A DNA stretch of 64,000 nt from the human T2T-CHM13v2.0 reference genome, Homo sapiens. Below are positions 24,401 to 36,400 of the stretch, in pieces; within the stretch, counting starts at the first letter, position 1; every line of letters starts with the position of its first letter. The stretch is from NCBI RefSeq assembly GCF_009914755.1, contig NC_060944.1; one strand, given 5' to 3'. The notes beneath the pieces were generated by a model, which made no database searches, was not told the DNA's origin, and saw only the letters and a program-made list of their open reading frames with translations. The translations under genes were made by a program, and so were the position numbers.

Positions 24401-27400
24401 ACAAAAAGAGTGTTTCAAAACTGCTCTCTCAAAAGACATGTTCAACTCTGTCAGTTGAGGACACACATCACAAAGAAGTTTCTGAGAATGCTTCTGTCTA
24501 GTTTTTATGGGAAGATATTTCCTTTTTCACCATAGGCCTCAAAGCGCTCCAAATGTCCACTTCCAGGGAATGGAAAAAGAGTGTTTCCAACCTGCTCTAT
24601 GAAAGCGAATGTTCAACTCCGTGACTTGAATGCAACCATCACAAGGAAGTTTCTGAGAATGCTTCTGTCTAGATTTTATATGAAGATATTCCCGTTTCCA
24701 ACGAAATCCTCAAAGCTATCCAAATATCCACTTGGAGATTCTACAAAAAGAGTGTTTCAAAACTGCTCTATCAAAAGAAAGGTTCTACTCCGTCAGTTGA
24801 GGACACACATCACGAGTAAGTTTCTGACAATGCTTCTGTCTAGTTTTTATGGGAAGATATGTCCTTTTTCACCTTTGGCCGGAAAGCGCTCCAAAAGTCC
24901 AGTTACAGACACTACAAAGAGAGTGTTTCAAACCTGCTCTGTGAAAGGGAATGTTCAATACTGTGACTTGAATGCAAACATCACAAAGAAGTTGCAGAGA
25001 ATGCTGGTGTCTGCTTTTTATACCTTATCCCGTTTCCAACGAAATCCTCAAATCTAGCCAAATATCCGCTTGCAGACTCCACAAAAAGAGTGTTTCAAAA
25101 CTGTACTGTCAAAAGAAATGTTCAACTCTGTTAGTTGAGGACACACATCAGAGACTAGCTTCTGAGAATGCTTCTGTCCAGTTGTTACGGGAAGATATTT
25201 CCTTTTTCAACATAGTCCTGAAACCGCTTCAAATGTCCTCTTCCAGATACTGCAAAGAGAGTGTTTCAAACCTTCTCTACGAAAGGGCATGTTCTCCTCT
25301 GTGACGTCAATGCAAACATCCCAAAGAAGTTTCTGAGAATGCTTCTGTCTGGATTTTATCTGAAGACAATACCGTTTCCAACGAAATCCTCAAAGATATG
25401 CAAAAATGCTCCTGCAGATTCTACAAAAAGAGTGTTTCAAAACTGCTCTATGAAAAGAAAGGTTCGACTCTGTTAGTAGAGGGCACACATCACAAACTAG
25501 TTGCCGAGAATGTTTCTGTCTGTTTATTATGGGAAGATATTTCCTTTTTCAACGCAAGCCTGAATGCGCTCCAAATGGACACTTCCAGATACGACAAAAG
25601 GAGTGTTTCAAAGCTGTTCTATGAAAGGGAACGTTCCATTCTGTGACTTGAATGCGAACATCACCAAGTAGTTTCTCAGAACGCTGCTGTCTGCTTTTTA
25701 TATGTATTCCCGTGTCGAAGGAAATCGTCAAAGCCAGCCAAATATCCACTTGCAGGTTCCACAAAAAGAGTGTTTCAAAACTGCTCTCTCAAAAGACATG
25801 TTCAACTCTGTCAGTTGAGGACACACATCACAAAGAAGTTTCTGAGAATGCTTCTGTCTAGTTTTTATGGGAAGATATTTCCTTTTTCACCATAGGCCTC
25901 AAAGCGCTCCAAATGTCCACTTCCAGGGAATGGAAAAAGAGTGTTTCCAACCTGCTCTACGAAAGCGAATGTTCAACTCCGTGACTTGAATGCAACCATC
26001 ACAAGGAAGTTTCTGAGAATGCTTCTGTCTAGATTTTATATGAAGATATTCCCGTTTCCAACGAAATCCTCAAAGCTATCCAAATATCCACTTGGAGATT
26101 CTACAAAAAGAGTGTTTCAAAACTGCTCTATCAAAAGAAAGGTTCTACTCCGTCAGTTGAGGACTCACATCACGAGTAACTTTCTGACAATGCTGCTGTC
26201 TAGTTTTTATGGGAAGATATGTCCTTTTTCACCTTTGGCCAGAAAGCGCTGCAAAAGTCCAGTTACAGACACTACAAAGAGAGTGTTTCAAACCTGCTCT
26301 GTGAAAGGGAATGTTCAATACTGTGACTTGAATGCAAACATCACAAAGAAGTTGCAGAGAATGCTGGTGTCTGCTTTTTATACCTTATCCCGTTTCCAAC
26401 GAAATCCTCAAATCTAGCCAAATATCCGCTTGCAGACTCCACAAAAAGAGTGTTTCAAAACTGTACTGTCAAAAGAAATGTTCAACTCTGTTAGTTGAGG
26501 ACACACATCAGAGACTAGCTTCTGAGAATGCTTCTGTCCAGTTGTTACGGGAAGATATTAACTTTTTCAACATAGTCCTGAAACCGCTTCAAATGTCCTC
26601 TTCCAGATACTGCAAAGAGAGTGTTTCAAACCTTCTCTACGAAAGGGCATGTTCTCCTCAGTGACGTCAATGCAAACCTCCCAAAGAAGTTTCTGAGAAT
26701 GCTTCTGTCTGGATTTTATCTGAAGACAATCTCGTTTCCAACGAAATCCTCAAAGATATGCAAAAATGCTCCTGCAGATTCTACAAAAAGAGTGTTTCAA
26801 AACTGCTCTATGAAAAGAAAGGTTCGACTCTGTTAGTATAGGGCACACATCACAAACAAGTTGCCGAGAATGCTTCTGTCTGGTTTTTATGGGAAGATAT
26901 TTCCTTTTTCAACGCAAGCCTGAATGCGCTCCAAATGGACACTTCCAGATACGACAAAAGGAGTGTTTCAAACCTGTTCTGTGAAAGGGAACGTTCCATT
27001 CTGTGACTTGAAAGCAAACATCACCAAGTAGTTTCTCAGAACGCTGCTGTCTGCTTTTTATATGTATTCCCGTGACCAAGGAAATCGTCAAAGCCAGCCA
27101 AATATCCACTTGCAGGTTCCACAAAAAGAGTGTTTCAAAACTGCTCTCTCAAAAGACATGTTCAACTCTGTCAGTTGAGGACACACATCACAAAGAAGTT
27201 TCTGAGAACGGTTCTGTCTAGTTTTTATGGGAAGATATTTCCTTTTTCACCATAGGCCTCAAAGCGCTCCAAATGTCCACTTCCAGGGAATGGAAAAAGA
27301 GTGTTTCCAACCTGCTCTATGAAAGCGAATGTTCAACTGCGTGACTTGAATGCAACCATCACAAGGAAGTTTCTGAGAATGCTTCTGTCTAGATTTTATA

Positions 27401-30400
27401 CGAAGATATTCCCGTTTCCAAAGAAATCCTCAAAGCTATCCAAATATCCACTTGGAGATTCTACAAAAAGAGTGTTTCAAAACTGCTCTATCAAAAGAAA
27501 GGTTCTACTCCGTCAGTTGAGGACACACATCACGAGTAAGTTTCTGACAATGCTTCTGTCTAGTTTTTATGGGAAGATATGTCCTTTTTCACCTTTGGCC
27601 GGAAAGCGCTCCAAAAGTCCAGTTACAGACCCTACAAAAAGAGTGTTTCAAACCTGCTCTGTGAAAGGGAATGTTCAATTCTGTGACTTGAATGCAAACA
27701 TCACAAAGAAGTTGCTGAGAATGCTGCTGTCTGCTTTTTATACCTTATCCCGTTTCCAACGAAATCCTCAAATCCAGCCAAATATCCACTTGCAGACTCC
27801 ACAAAAAGAGTGTTTCAAAACTGTACTGTCAAAAGAAATGTTCAACTCTGTTAGTTGAGGACACACATCAGAGACTAGTTTCTGAGAATGCTTCTGTCCA
27901 GTTGTTACGGGAAGGTATTTCCTTTTTCAACATAGGCCTGAAACCGCTTCAAAGGTCCACTTCCAGATACTGCAAAGAGAGTGTTTCAAACCTTCTCTAC
28001 GAAAGGGCATGTTCTCCTCTGTGACGTCAATGCAAACATCCCAAAGAAGTTTCTGAGAATGCTTCTGTCTGGATTTTATCTGAAGACAATCCCGTTTCCA
28101 ACGAAATCCTCAAAGCTATGCAAATATGTTCCTGCAGATTCTACAAAAAGAGTGTTTCAAAACTGCTCTAGGAAAAGAAAGGTTCGACTCTGTTAGTAGA
28201 GGGCACACATCACAAACTAGTTGCCGAGAATGTTTCTGTCTGTTTATTATGGGAAGATATTTCCTTTTTCAACGCAAGCCTGAATGCGCTCCAAATGGAC
28301 ACTTACAGATACGACAAAAGGAGTGTTTCAAAGCTGTTCTATGAAAGGGAACGTTCCATTCTGTGACTTGAATGCGAACATCACCAAGTAGTTTCTCAGA
28401 ACGCTGCTGTCTGCTTTTTATATGTATTCCCGTGTCGAAGGAAATCGTCAAAGCCAGCCAAATATCCACTTGCAGGTTCCACAAAAAGAGTGTTTCAAAA
28501 CTGCTCTCTCAAAAGACATGTTCAACTCTGTCAGTTGAGGACACACATCACAAAGAAGTTTCTGAGAATGCTTCTGTCTAGTTTTTATGGGAAGATATTT
28601 CCTTTTTCACCATAGGCCTCAAAGCGCTCCAAATGTCCACTTCCAGGGAATGGAAATAGAGTGTTTCCAACCTGCTCTACGAAAGCGAATGTTCAACTCC
28701 GTGACTTGAATGCAACCATCACAAGGAAGTTTCTGAGAATGCTTCTGTCTAGATTTTATATGAAGATATTCCCGTTTCCAACGAAATCCTCAAAGCTATC
28801 CAAATATCCACTTGGAGATTCTACAAAAAGAGTGTTTCAAAACTGCTCTATCAAAAGAAAGGTTCTACTCCGTCAGTTGAGGACTCACATCACGAGTAAC
28901 TTTCTGACAATGCTTCTGTCTAGTTTTTATGGGAAGATATGTCCTTTTTCACCTTTGGCCGGAAAGCGCTGCAAAAGTCCAGTTACAGACACTACAAAGA
29001 GAGTGTTTCAAACCTGCTCTGTGAAAGGGAATGTTCAATACTGTGACTTGAATGCAAACATCACAAAGAAGTTGCAGAGAATGCTGGTGTCTGCTTTTTA
29101 TACCTTATCCCGTTTCCAACGAAATCCTCAAATCTAGCCAAATATCCGCTTGCAGACTCCACAAAAAGAGTGTTTCAAAACTGTACTGTCAAAAGAAATG
29201 TTCAACTCTGTTAGTTGAGGACACACATCAGAGACTAGCTTCTGAGAATGCTTCTGTCCAGTTGTTATGGGAAGATATTAACTTTTTCAACATAGTCCTG
29301 AAACCGCTTCAAATGTCCTCTTCCAGATACTGCAAAGAGAGTGTTTCAAACCTTCTCTACGAAAGGGCATGTTCTCCTCTGTGACGTCAATGCAAAACTC
29401 CCAAAGAAGTTTCTGAGAATGCTTCTGTCTGGATTTTATCTGAAGACAATCTCGTTTCCAACGAAATCCTCAAAGATATGCAAAAATGCTCCTGCAGATT
29501 CTACAAAAAGAGTGTTTCAAAACTGCTCTATGAAAAGAAAGGTACGACTCTGTTAGTATAGGGCACACATCACAAAGAAGTTGCCGAGAATGCTTCTGTC
29601 TGGTTTTTATGGGAAGATATTTCCTTTTTCAACGCAAGCCTGAATGCGCTCCAAATGGACACTTCCAGATACGACAAAAGGAGTGTTTCAAACCTGTTCT
29701 GGGAAAGGGAACGTTCCCTTCTGTGACTTGAATGCAAACATCACCAAGTAGTTTCTCAGAACGCTGCTGTCTGCTTTTTATATGTATTCCCGTGTCGAAG
29801 GAAATCGTCAAAGCCAGCCAAATATCCACTTGCAGGTTCCACAAAAAGAGTGTTTCAAAACTGCTCTCTCAAAAGACATGTTCAACTCTGTCAGTTGAGG
29901 ACACACATCACAAAGAAGTTTCTGAGAATGGTTCTGTCTAGTTTTTATGGGAAGATATTTCCTTTTTCACCATAGGCCTCAAAGCGCTCCAAATGTCCAC
30001 TTCCAGGGAATGGAAAAAGAGTGTTTCCAACCTGCTCTATGAAAGCGAATGTTCAACTGCGTGACTTGAATGCAACCATCACAAGGAAGTTTCTGAGAAT
30101 GCTTCTGTCTAGATTTTATACGAAGATATTCCCGTTTCCAACGAAATCCTCAAAGCTATCCAAATATCCACTTGGAGATTCTACAAAAAGAGTGTTTCAA
30201 AACTGCTCTATCAAAAGAAAGGTTCTACTCCGTCAGTTGAGGACACACATCACGAGTAAGTTTCTGACAATGCTTCTGTCTAGTTTTTATGGGAAGATAT
30301 GTACTTTTTCACCTTAGACATGAAAGCGCTCCAAAAGTCCAGTTACAGACACTACAAAAAGAGTGTTTCAAACCTGCCCTGTGAAAGGGAATGTTCAATA

Positions 30401-33400
30401 CTGTGACTTGAATGCAAACATCACAAAGAAGATGCTGAGAATGCTGCTGTCTGCTTTTTATACCTTATCACGTTTCCAACGAAATCCTCAAATCTAGCCA
30501 AATATCCACTTGCAGACTCCACAAAAAGAGTGTTTCAAAACTGTACTGTGAAAAGAAATGTTCAACTCTGTTAGTTGAGGACACACATCAGAGACTAGCT
30601 TCTGAAAATGCTTCTGTCCAGTTGTTACGGGAAGATATTTCCTTTTTCAGAATAGGCCTGAAACCGCTTCAAATGTCCACTTCCAGATACTGCAAAGAGA
30701 GTGTTTGAAACCTTCTCTACGAAAGGGCATGTTCTCCTCTGTGACGTCAATGCAAACATCCCAAAGAAGTTTCTGAGAATGCTTCTGTCTGGATTTTATC
30801 TGAAGACAATCCCGTTTCCAACGAAATCCTCAAAGCTATGCAAATATGCTCCTGCAGATTCTACAAAAAGAGTGTTTCAAAACTGCTCTATGAAAAGAAA
30901 GGTTCGACTCTGTTAGTAGAGGGCACACATCACAAACAAGTTGCCGAGAATGCTTCTGTCTGGTTTTTATGGGAAGATATTTCCTTTTCCAACACAAGCC
31001 TGAATGCGCTCCAAATGGACACTTCCAGATACGTCAAAAGGAGTGTTTCAAAGCTGTTCTATGAAAGGGAACGTTCCATTCTGTGACTTGAATGCAAACA
31101 TCACCAAGTAGTTTCTCAGAACGCTGCTGTCTGCTTCTTATATGTATTCCCGTTTCCAACGAAATCGTCAAAGTCAGCCAAATATCCACTTGCAGGTTCC
31201 ACAAAAAGAGTGTGTCAAAACTGCTCTCTCAAAAGACATGTTCAACTCTGTCAGTTGAGGACACACATCACAAAGAAGTTTGTGAGAATGCTTCTGTCTA
31301 GTTTTTATGGGAAGATATTTCCTTTTTCACCATAGGCCTCAAAGCGCTCCAAATGTCCACTTCCAGGGAATGGAAAAAGAGTGTTTCCAACCTGCTCTAT
31401 GAAAGCGAATGTTCAACTCCGTGACTTCAATGCAACCATCACAAGGAAGTTTCTGAGAATGCTTCTGTCTAGATTTTATATGAAGATATTCCCGTTTCCA
31501 ACGAAATCCTCAAAGCTATCCAAATATCCACTTGGAGATTCTACAAAAAGAGTGTTTCAAAACTGCTCTATCAAAAGAAAGGTTCTACTCCGTCAGTTGA
31601 GGACACACATCACGAGTAAGTTTCTGACAATGCTTCTGTCTAGTTTTTATGGGAAGATATGTCCTTTTTCACCTTAGGCCGGAAAGCGCTCCAAAAGTCC
31701 AGTTACAGACACTACAAAAAGAGTGTTTCAAACCTGCTCTGTGAAAGGGAATGTTCCATTCTGTGACTTGAATGCAAACATCACAAAGAAGTTGCTGAGA
31801 ATGCTGCTGTCTGCTTTTTATACCTTATCCCGTTTCCAACGAAATCCTCAAATCTAGCCAAATATCCACTTGCAGACTCCACAAAAAGAGTGTTTCAAAA
31901 CTGTACTGTCAAAAGAAATGTTCAACTGTGTTAGTTGAGGACACACATCAGAGACTATCTTCTGAGAATGCTTCTTTCCAGTTGTTACGGGAAGATATTT
32001 CCTTTTTCAACATAGGCGTGAAACCGCTTCAAATGTCCACTTCCAGATACTGGAAAGAGAGTGTTTCAAACCTTCTCTACGAAAGGGCATGTTCTCCTTT
32101 GTGACGTCAATGCAAATATCCCAAAGAAGTTTCTGAGAATGCTTCTCTCTGGATTTTATCTGAAGACAATCCCGTTTCCAACGAAATCCTCAAAGCTATG
32201 CAAATAGGCTCCTGCAGATCCTACAAAAAGAGTGTTTCAAAACTGCTCTAAGAAAAGAAAGGTTCGACTCTGTTAGTAGAGGGCACACATCACAAAGAAG
32301 TGCCGAGAATGCTTCTGTCTGGTTTTTATGGGAAGATATTTCCTTTTCCAACCCAAGCCTGAATGCGCTCCAAATGGACACTTCCAGATACGACAAAAGG
32401 AGTGTTTCAAAGCTGTTCTATGAAAGGGAACGTTCCATTCTGTGACTTGAATGCAAACATCACCAAGTAGTTTCTCAGAACGCTGCTGTCTGCTTCTTAT
32501 ATGTATTCCCGTTTCCAACGAAATCGTCAAAGCCAGCCAAATATCAACTTGCAGGTTCCACAAAAAGAGTGTGTCAAAACTGCTCTCTCAAAAGACATGT
32601 TCAACTCTGTCAGTTGAGGACACACATCACAAAGAAATTTGTGAGAATGCTTCTGCCTAGTTTTTATGGGAAGATATTTCCTTTTTCACCATAGGCCTCA
32701 AAGCGCTCCAAATGTCCACTTCCAGGGAATGGAAAAAGAGTGTTTCCAACCTGCTCTATGAAAGCGAATGTTCAACTCCGTGACTTGAATGCAACCATCA
32801 CAAGGAAGTTTCTGAGAATGCTTCTGTCTAGATTTTATATGAAGATATTCCCGTTTCCAACGAAATCCTCAAAGCTATCCAAATATCCACTTGGAGATTC
32901 TACAAAAAGAGTGTTTCAAAACTGCTCTATCAAAAGAAAGGTTCTACTCCGTCAGTTGAGGACACACATCACGAGTAAGTTTCTGACAATGCTTCTGTCT
33001 AGTTTTTATGGGAAGATATGTCCTTTTTCACCTTAGACAGGAAAGCGCTCCAAAAGTCCAGTTACAGACACTACAAAAAGAGTGTTTCAAACCTGCTCTG
33101 TGAAAGGGAATGTTCAATACTGTGATTTGAATGCAAACATCACAAAGAAGTTGCTGAGAATGCTGCTGTCTGCTTTTTATACCTTATCCCGTTTCCAACG
33201 AAATCCTCAAATCTAGCCAAATATCCACTTGCAGACTCCACAAAAACAGTGTTTCAAAACTGTACTGTGAAAAGAAATGTTCAACTCTGTTAGTTGAGGA
33301 CACACATCAGAGACTAGCTTCTGAGAATGCTTCTGTCCAGTTGTTACGGGAAGATATTTCCTTTTTCAGAATAGGCCTGAAACCGCTTCAAATGTCCACT

Positions 33401-36400
33401 TCCAGATACTGCAAAGAGAGTGTTTCAAACCTTCTCTACGAAAGGGCATGTTCTCCTCTGTGACGTCAATGCAAACATCTCAAAGAAGTTTCTGAGAATG
33501 CTTCTGTCTTGATTTTATCTGAAGACAATCCGGTTTCCAACGAAATCCTCAAAGATATGCAAATATGCTCCTGCAGATTCTACAAAAAGAGTGTTTCAAA
33601 ACTGCTCTATGAAAAGAAAGGTTGGACTCTGTTAGTAGAGGGCACACATCACAAACATGTTGCCGAGAATGTTTCTGTCTGGTTTTTATGGGAAGATATT
33701 TCCTTTTCCAACACAAGCCTGAATGCGCTCCAAATGGACACTTCCAGATACGACAAAAGGAGGGTTTCAAAGCTGTTCTATGAAAGGGAACGTTCCATTC
33801 TGTGACTTGAATGCAAACATCACCAAGTAGTTTCTCAGAACGCTGCTGTCTGCTTTTTATATGTATTCCCGTTTCCAACGAAATCGTCAAAGCCAGCCAA
33901 ATATCCACTTGCAGGTTCCAGAAAAAGAGTGTTTCAAAACTGCTCTCTCAAAAGACATGTTCAACTCTGTCAGATGAGGACACACATCACAAAGTAGTTT
34001 GTGAGAATGCTTCTGCCTAGTTTTTATGGGAAGATATTTCCTTTTTCACCATAGGCCTCAAAGCGCTCCAAATGTCCACTTCCAGGGAATGGAAAAAGAG
34101 TGTTTCCAACCTGCTCTATGAAAGCCAATGTTCAACTCCGTGACTTGAATGCAACCATCACAAGGAAGTTTCTGAGAATGCTTCTGTCTAGATTTTATAT
34201 GAAGATATTCCCGTTTCCAACGAAATCCTCAAAGCTATCCAAATATCCACTTGGAGATTCTACAAAAAGAGTGTTTCAAAACTGCTCTATCAAAAGAAAG
34301 GTTCTACTCCATCAGTTGAGGACACACATCACGAGTAAGTTTCTGACAATGCTTCTGTCTAGTTTTTATGGGAAGATATGTCCTTTTTCACCTTAGACAT
34401 GAAAGCGCTCCAAAAGTCCAGTTACAGACACTACAAAAAGAGTGTTTCAAACCTGCCCTGTGAAAGGGAATGTTCAATACTGTGACTTGAATGCAAACAT
34501 CACAAAGAAGTTGCTGAGAATGCTGCTGTCTGCTTTTTATACCTTATCACGTTTCCAACGAAATCCTCAAATCTAGCCAAATATCCACTTGCAGACTCCA
34601 CAAAAAGAGTGTTTCAAAACTGTACTGTGAAAAGAAATGTTCAACTCTGTTAGTTGAGGACACACATCAGAGACTAGCTTCTGAAAATTCTTCTGTCCAG
34701 TTGTTACGGGAAGATATTTCCTTTTTCAGAATAGGTCTGAAACCGCTTCAAATGTCCACTTCCAGATACTGCAAAGAGAGTGTTTGAAACCTTCTCTACG
34801 AAAGGGCATGTTCTCCTCTGTGACGTCAATGCAAACATCCCAAAGAAGTTTCTGAGAATGCTTCCGTCTGGATTTTATCTGAAGACAATCCCGTTTCCAA
34901 CGAAATCCTCAAAGCTATGCAAATATGCTCCTGCAGATTCTACAAAAAGAGTGTTTCAAAACTGCTCTATGAAAAGAAAGGTTCGACTCTGTTAGTAGAG
35001 GGCGCACATCACAAACAAGTTGCCGAGAATGCTTCTTTCTGGTTTTTATGGGAAGATATTTCCTTTTCCAACACAAGCCTGAATGCGCTCCAAATGGACA
35101 CTTCCAGATACGACAAAAGGAGTGTTTCAAACCTGTTCTGTGAAAGGGAACGTTCCATTCTGTGACTTGAATGCAAACATAACCAAGTAGTTTCTCAGAA
35201 CGCTGCTGTCTGCTTTTTATATGTATTCCCGTTTCCAACGAAATCGTCAAAGCCAGCCAAATATCCACTTGCAGGTTCCACAAAAAGAGTGTTTCAAAAC
35301 TGCTCTCTCAAAAGACATGTTGAACTCTGTCAGTTGAGGACACACATCACAAAGAAGTTTGTGAGAATGCTTCCGCCTAGTTTTTATGGGAAGATATTTC
35401 CTTTTTCACCATAGGCCTCAAAGCGCTCCAAATGTCCACTTCCAGGGAATGGAAAAAGAGTGTTTCCAACCTGCTCTACGAAAGCGAATGTTCAACTCCG
35501 TGACTTGAATGCAACCATCACAAGGAAGTTTTTGAGAATTCTTCTGTCTAGATTTTATATGAAGATATTCCCGTTTCCAACGAAATCCTCAAAGCTATCC
35601 AAATATCCACTTGGAGATTCTACAAAAAGAGTGTTTCAAAACTGCTCTATCAAAAGAAAAGTTCTACTCCGTCAGTTGAGGACACACATCACGAGTAAGT
35701 TTCTGACAATGCTTCTGTCTAGTTTTTATGGGAAGATATGTCCTTTTTCACCTTTGGCCGGAAAGCGCTCCAAAAGTCCAGTTACAGACACTACAAAGAG
35801 AGTGTTTCAAACCTGCTCTGTGAAAGGGAATGTTCCATTCTGTGACTTGAATGCAAACAACACAAAGAAGTTGCAGAGAATGCTGGTGTCTGCTTTTTAT
35901 ACCTTATCCCGTTTCCAACGAAATCCTCAAATCTAGCCTAATATCCGCTTTCAGACTCCACAAAAAGAGTGTTTCAAAACTGTACTGTCAAAAGAAATGT
36001 TCAACTCTGTTAGTTGAGGACACACATCAGAGACTAGCTTCTGAGAATGCTTCTGTCCAGTTGTTACGGGAGGATATTTCCTTTTTCAACATAGGCCTGA
36101 AACCGCTTCAAATGTCCACTTCCAGATACTGCAAAGAGAGTGTTTCAAACCTTCTCTACGAAAGGGCATGTTCTCCTCTGTGACGTCAATGCAAACATCC
36201 CAAAGAAGTTTCTGAGAATGCTTCTGTCTGGATTTTATCTGAAGACAATCCCGTTTCCAACGAATTCCTCAAAGATATGCAAAAATGCTCCTGCAGATTC
36301 TACAAAAAGAGTGTTTCAAAACTGGTCTATGAAAAGAAAGGTTCGACTCTGTTAGTAGAGGGCACACATCAAAAACAAGTTGCCGAGAATGCTTCTGTCT

